This document shows, in pieces, positions 63,629-64,000 of a DNA stretch of 64,000 bases; positions within the stretch are counted from its first letter, which is position 1, and the number at the start of each line of letters is the position of its first letter. The position numbers and the translations under genes were made by a program. The stretch comes from Lingula anatina (lineage: Eukaryota; Animalia; Brachiopoda), in contig CM120644.1 in NCBI GenBank assembly GCA_051362555.1, positions 13,228,567 to 13,292,566 of the forward strand, written 5' to 3'. The notes under the pieces were generated by a model. The model saw only the letters and a program-made list of their open reading frames with translations, ran no database searches and had not been told where the DNA came from.

Positions 63629-64000
63629 TAAGCTGTAGAGATTTATCTTAAAGTGTGACACACGCTTTGAGGAATACGTCAATGAATTTTAAATACTTAA
63701 AGAGACTTTTCGAATATGTAAGTGAAGGTTAATCTTTTATGCAAAAATTTCAATTGATCACGGTGGCGGTAGACCGTAAAACCTTTTTTACAATTAACCC
63801 CGTGTGTTTTACTATCCTGGTATCCTTTTCTTGTCTTAGGGAATTTATGCCTTGCACTGCAGTAAAATACCACTACATTGCTGTTAGGTTCGAATACTAA
63901 AACAAAGCCATATTTTGATCGTTAATGTTTGCGAAACTTACTGGAGGGTTGAACACGTGCACCAGGACGGACACCTGTTCATTAAGGGCCCCTTTTCACT

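Overview
AT-rich, intron-containing animal genomic DNA. The microsatellites, MITEs, RTE LINE relics and pearl/Helentron-like repeats suggest a marine invertebrate, possibly a mollusc, but the taxon is a guess. Main contents, 5' to 3': (1) two tandem, intact, 7-coding-exon minus-strand genes (3471-8834, ~598 aa; 11914-20069, ~609 aa) encoding full-length HypX/HoxX-like proteins (N10-formyl-THF formyltransferase domain fused to a crotonase-fold domain), the enzyme that makes carbon monoxide for [NiFe]-hydrogenase maturation in bacteria, here with catalytic motifs intact and no hydrogenase gene in the window; (2) a GC-richer YfiH/PgeF/LACC1(FAMIN)-family ORF with its catalytic core on one uninterrupted exon (28266-28946); (3) a head-to-head pair of small secreted, probably GPI-anchored genes (37023-37724 minus; 47871-49241 plus) built from a shared 6-Cys domain, one exon of which is not in the ORF track; (4) a ~4.7 kb block of tandem repeat elements (40.5-45.3 kb); (5) a tandem array of three Toll-like receptor copies: one intact, one with a 10-bp TIR frameshift, one truncated pseudogene, all sharing conserved NF-kB, AP-1/ETS and TATA promoter motifs. 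The leading candidate for a novel system is the intron-bearing, duplicated animal HypX, a possible heme-independent CO source next to innate-immunity genes. All gene models were spliced by eye; no database searches were run.
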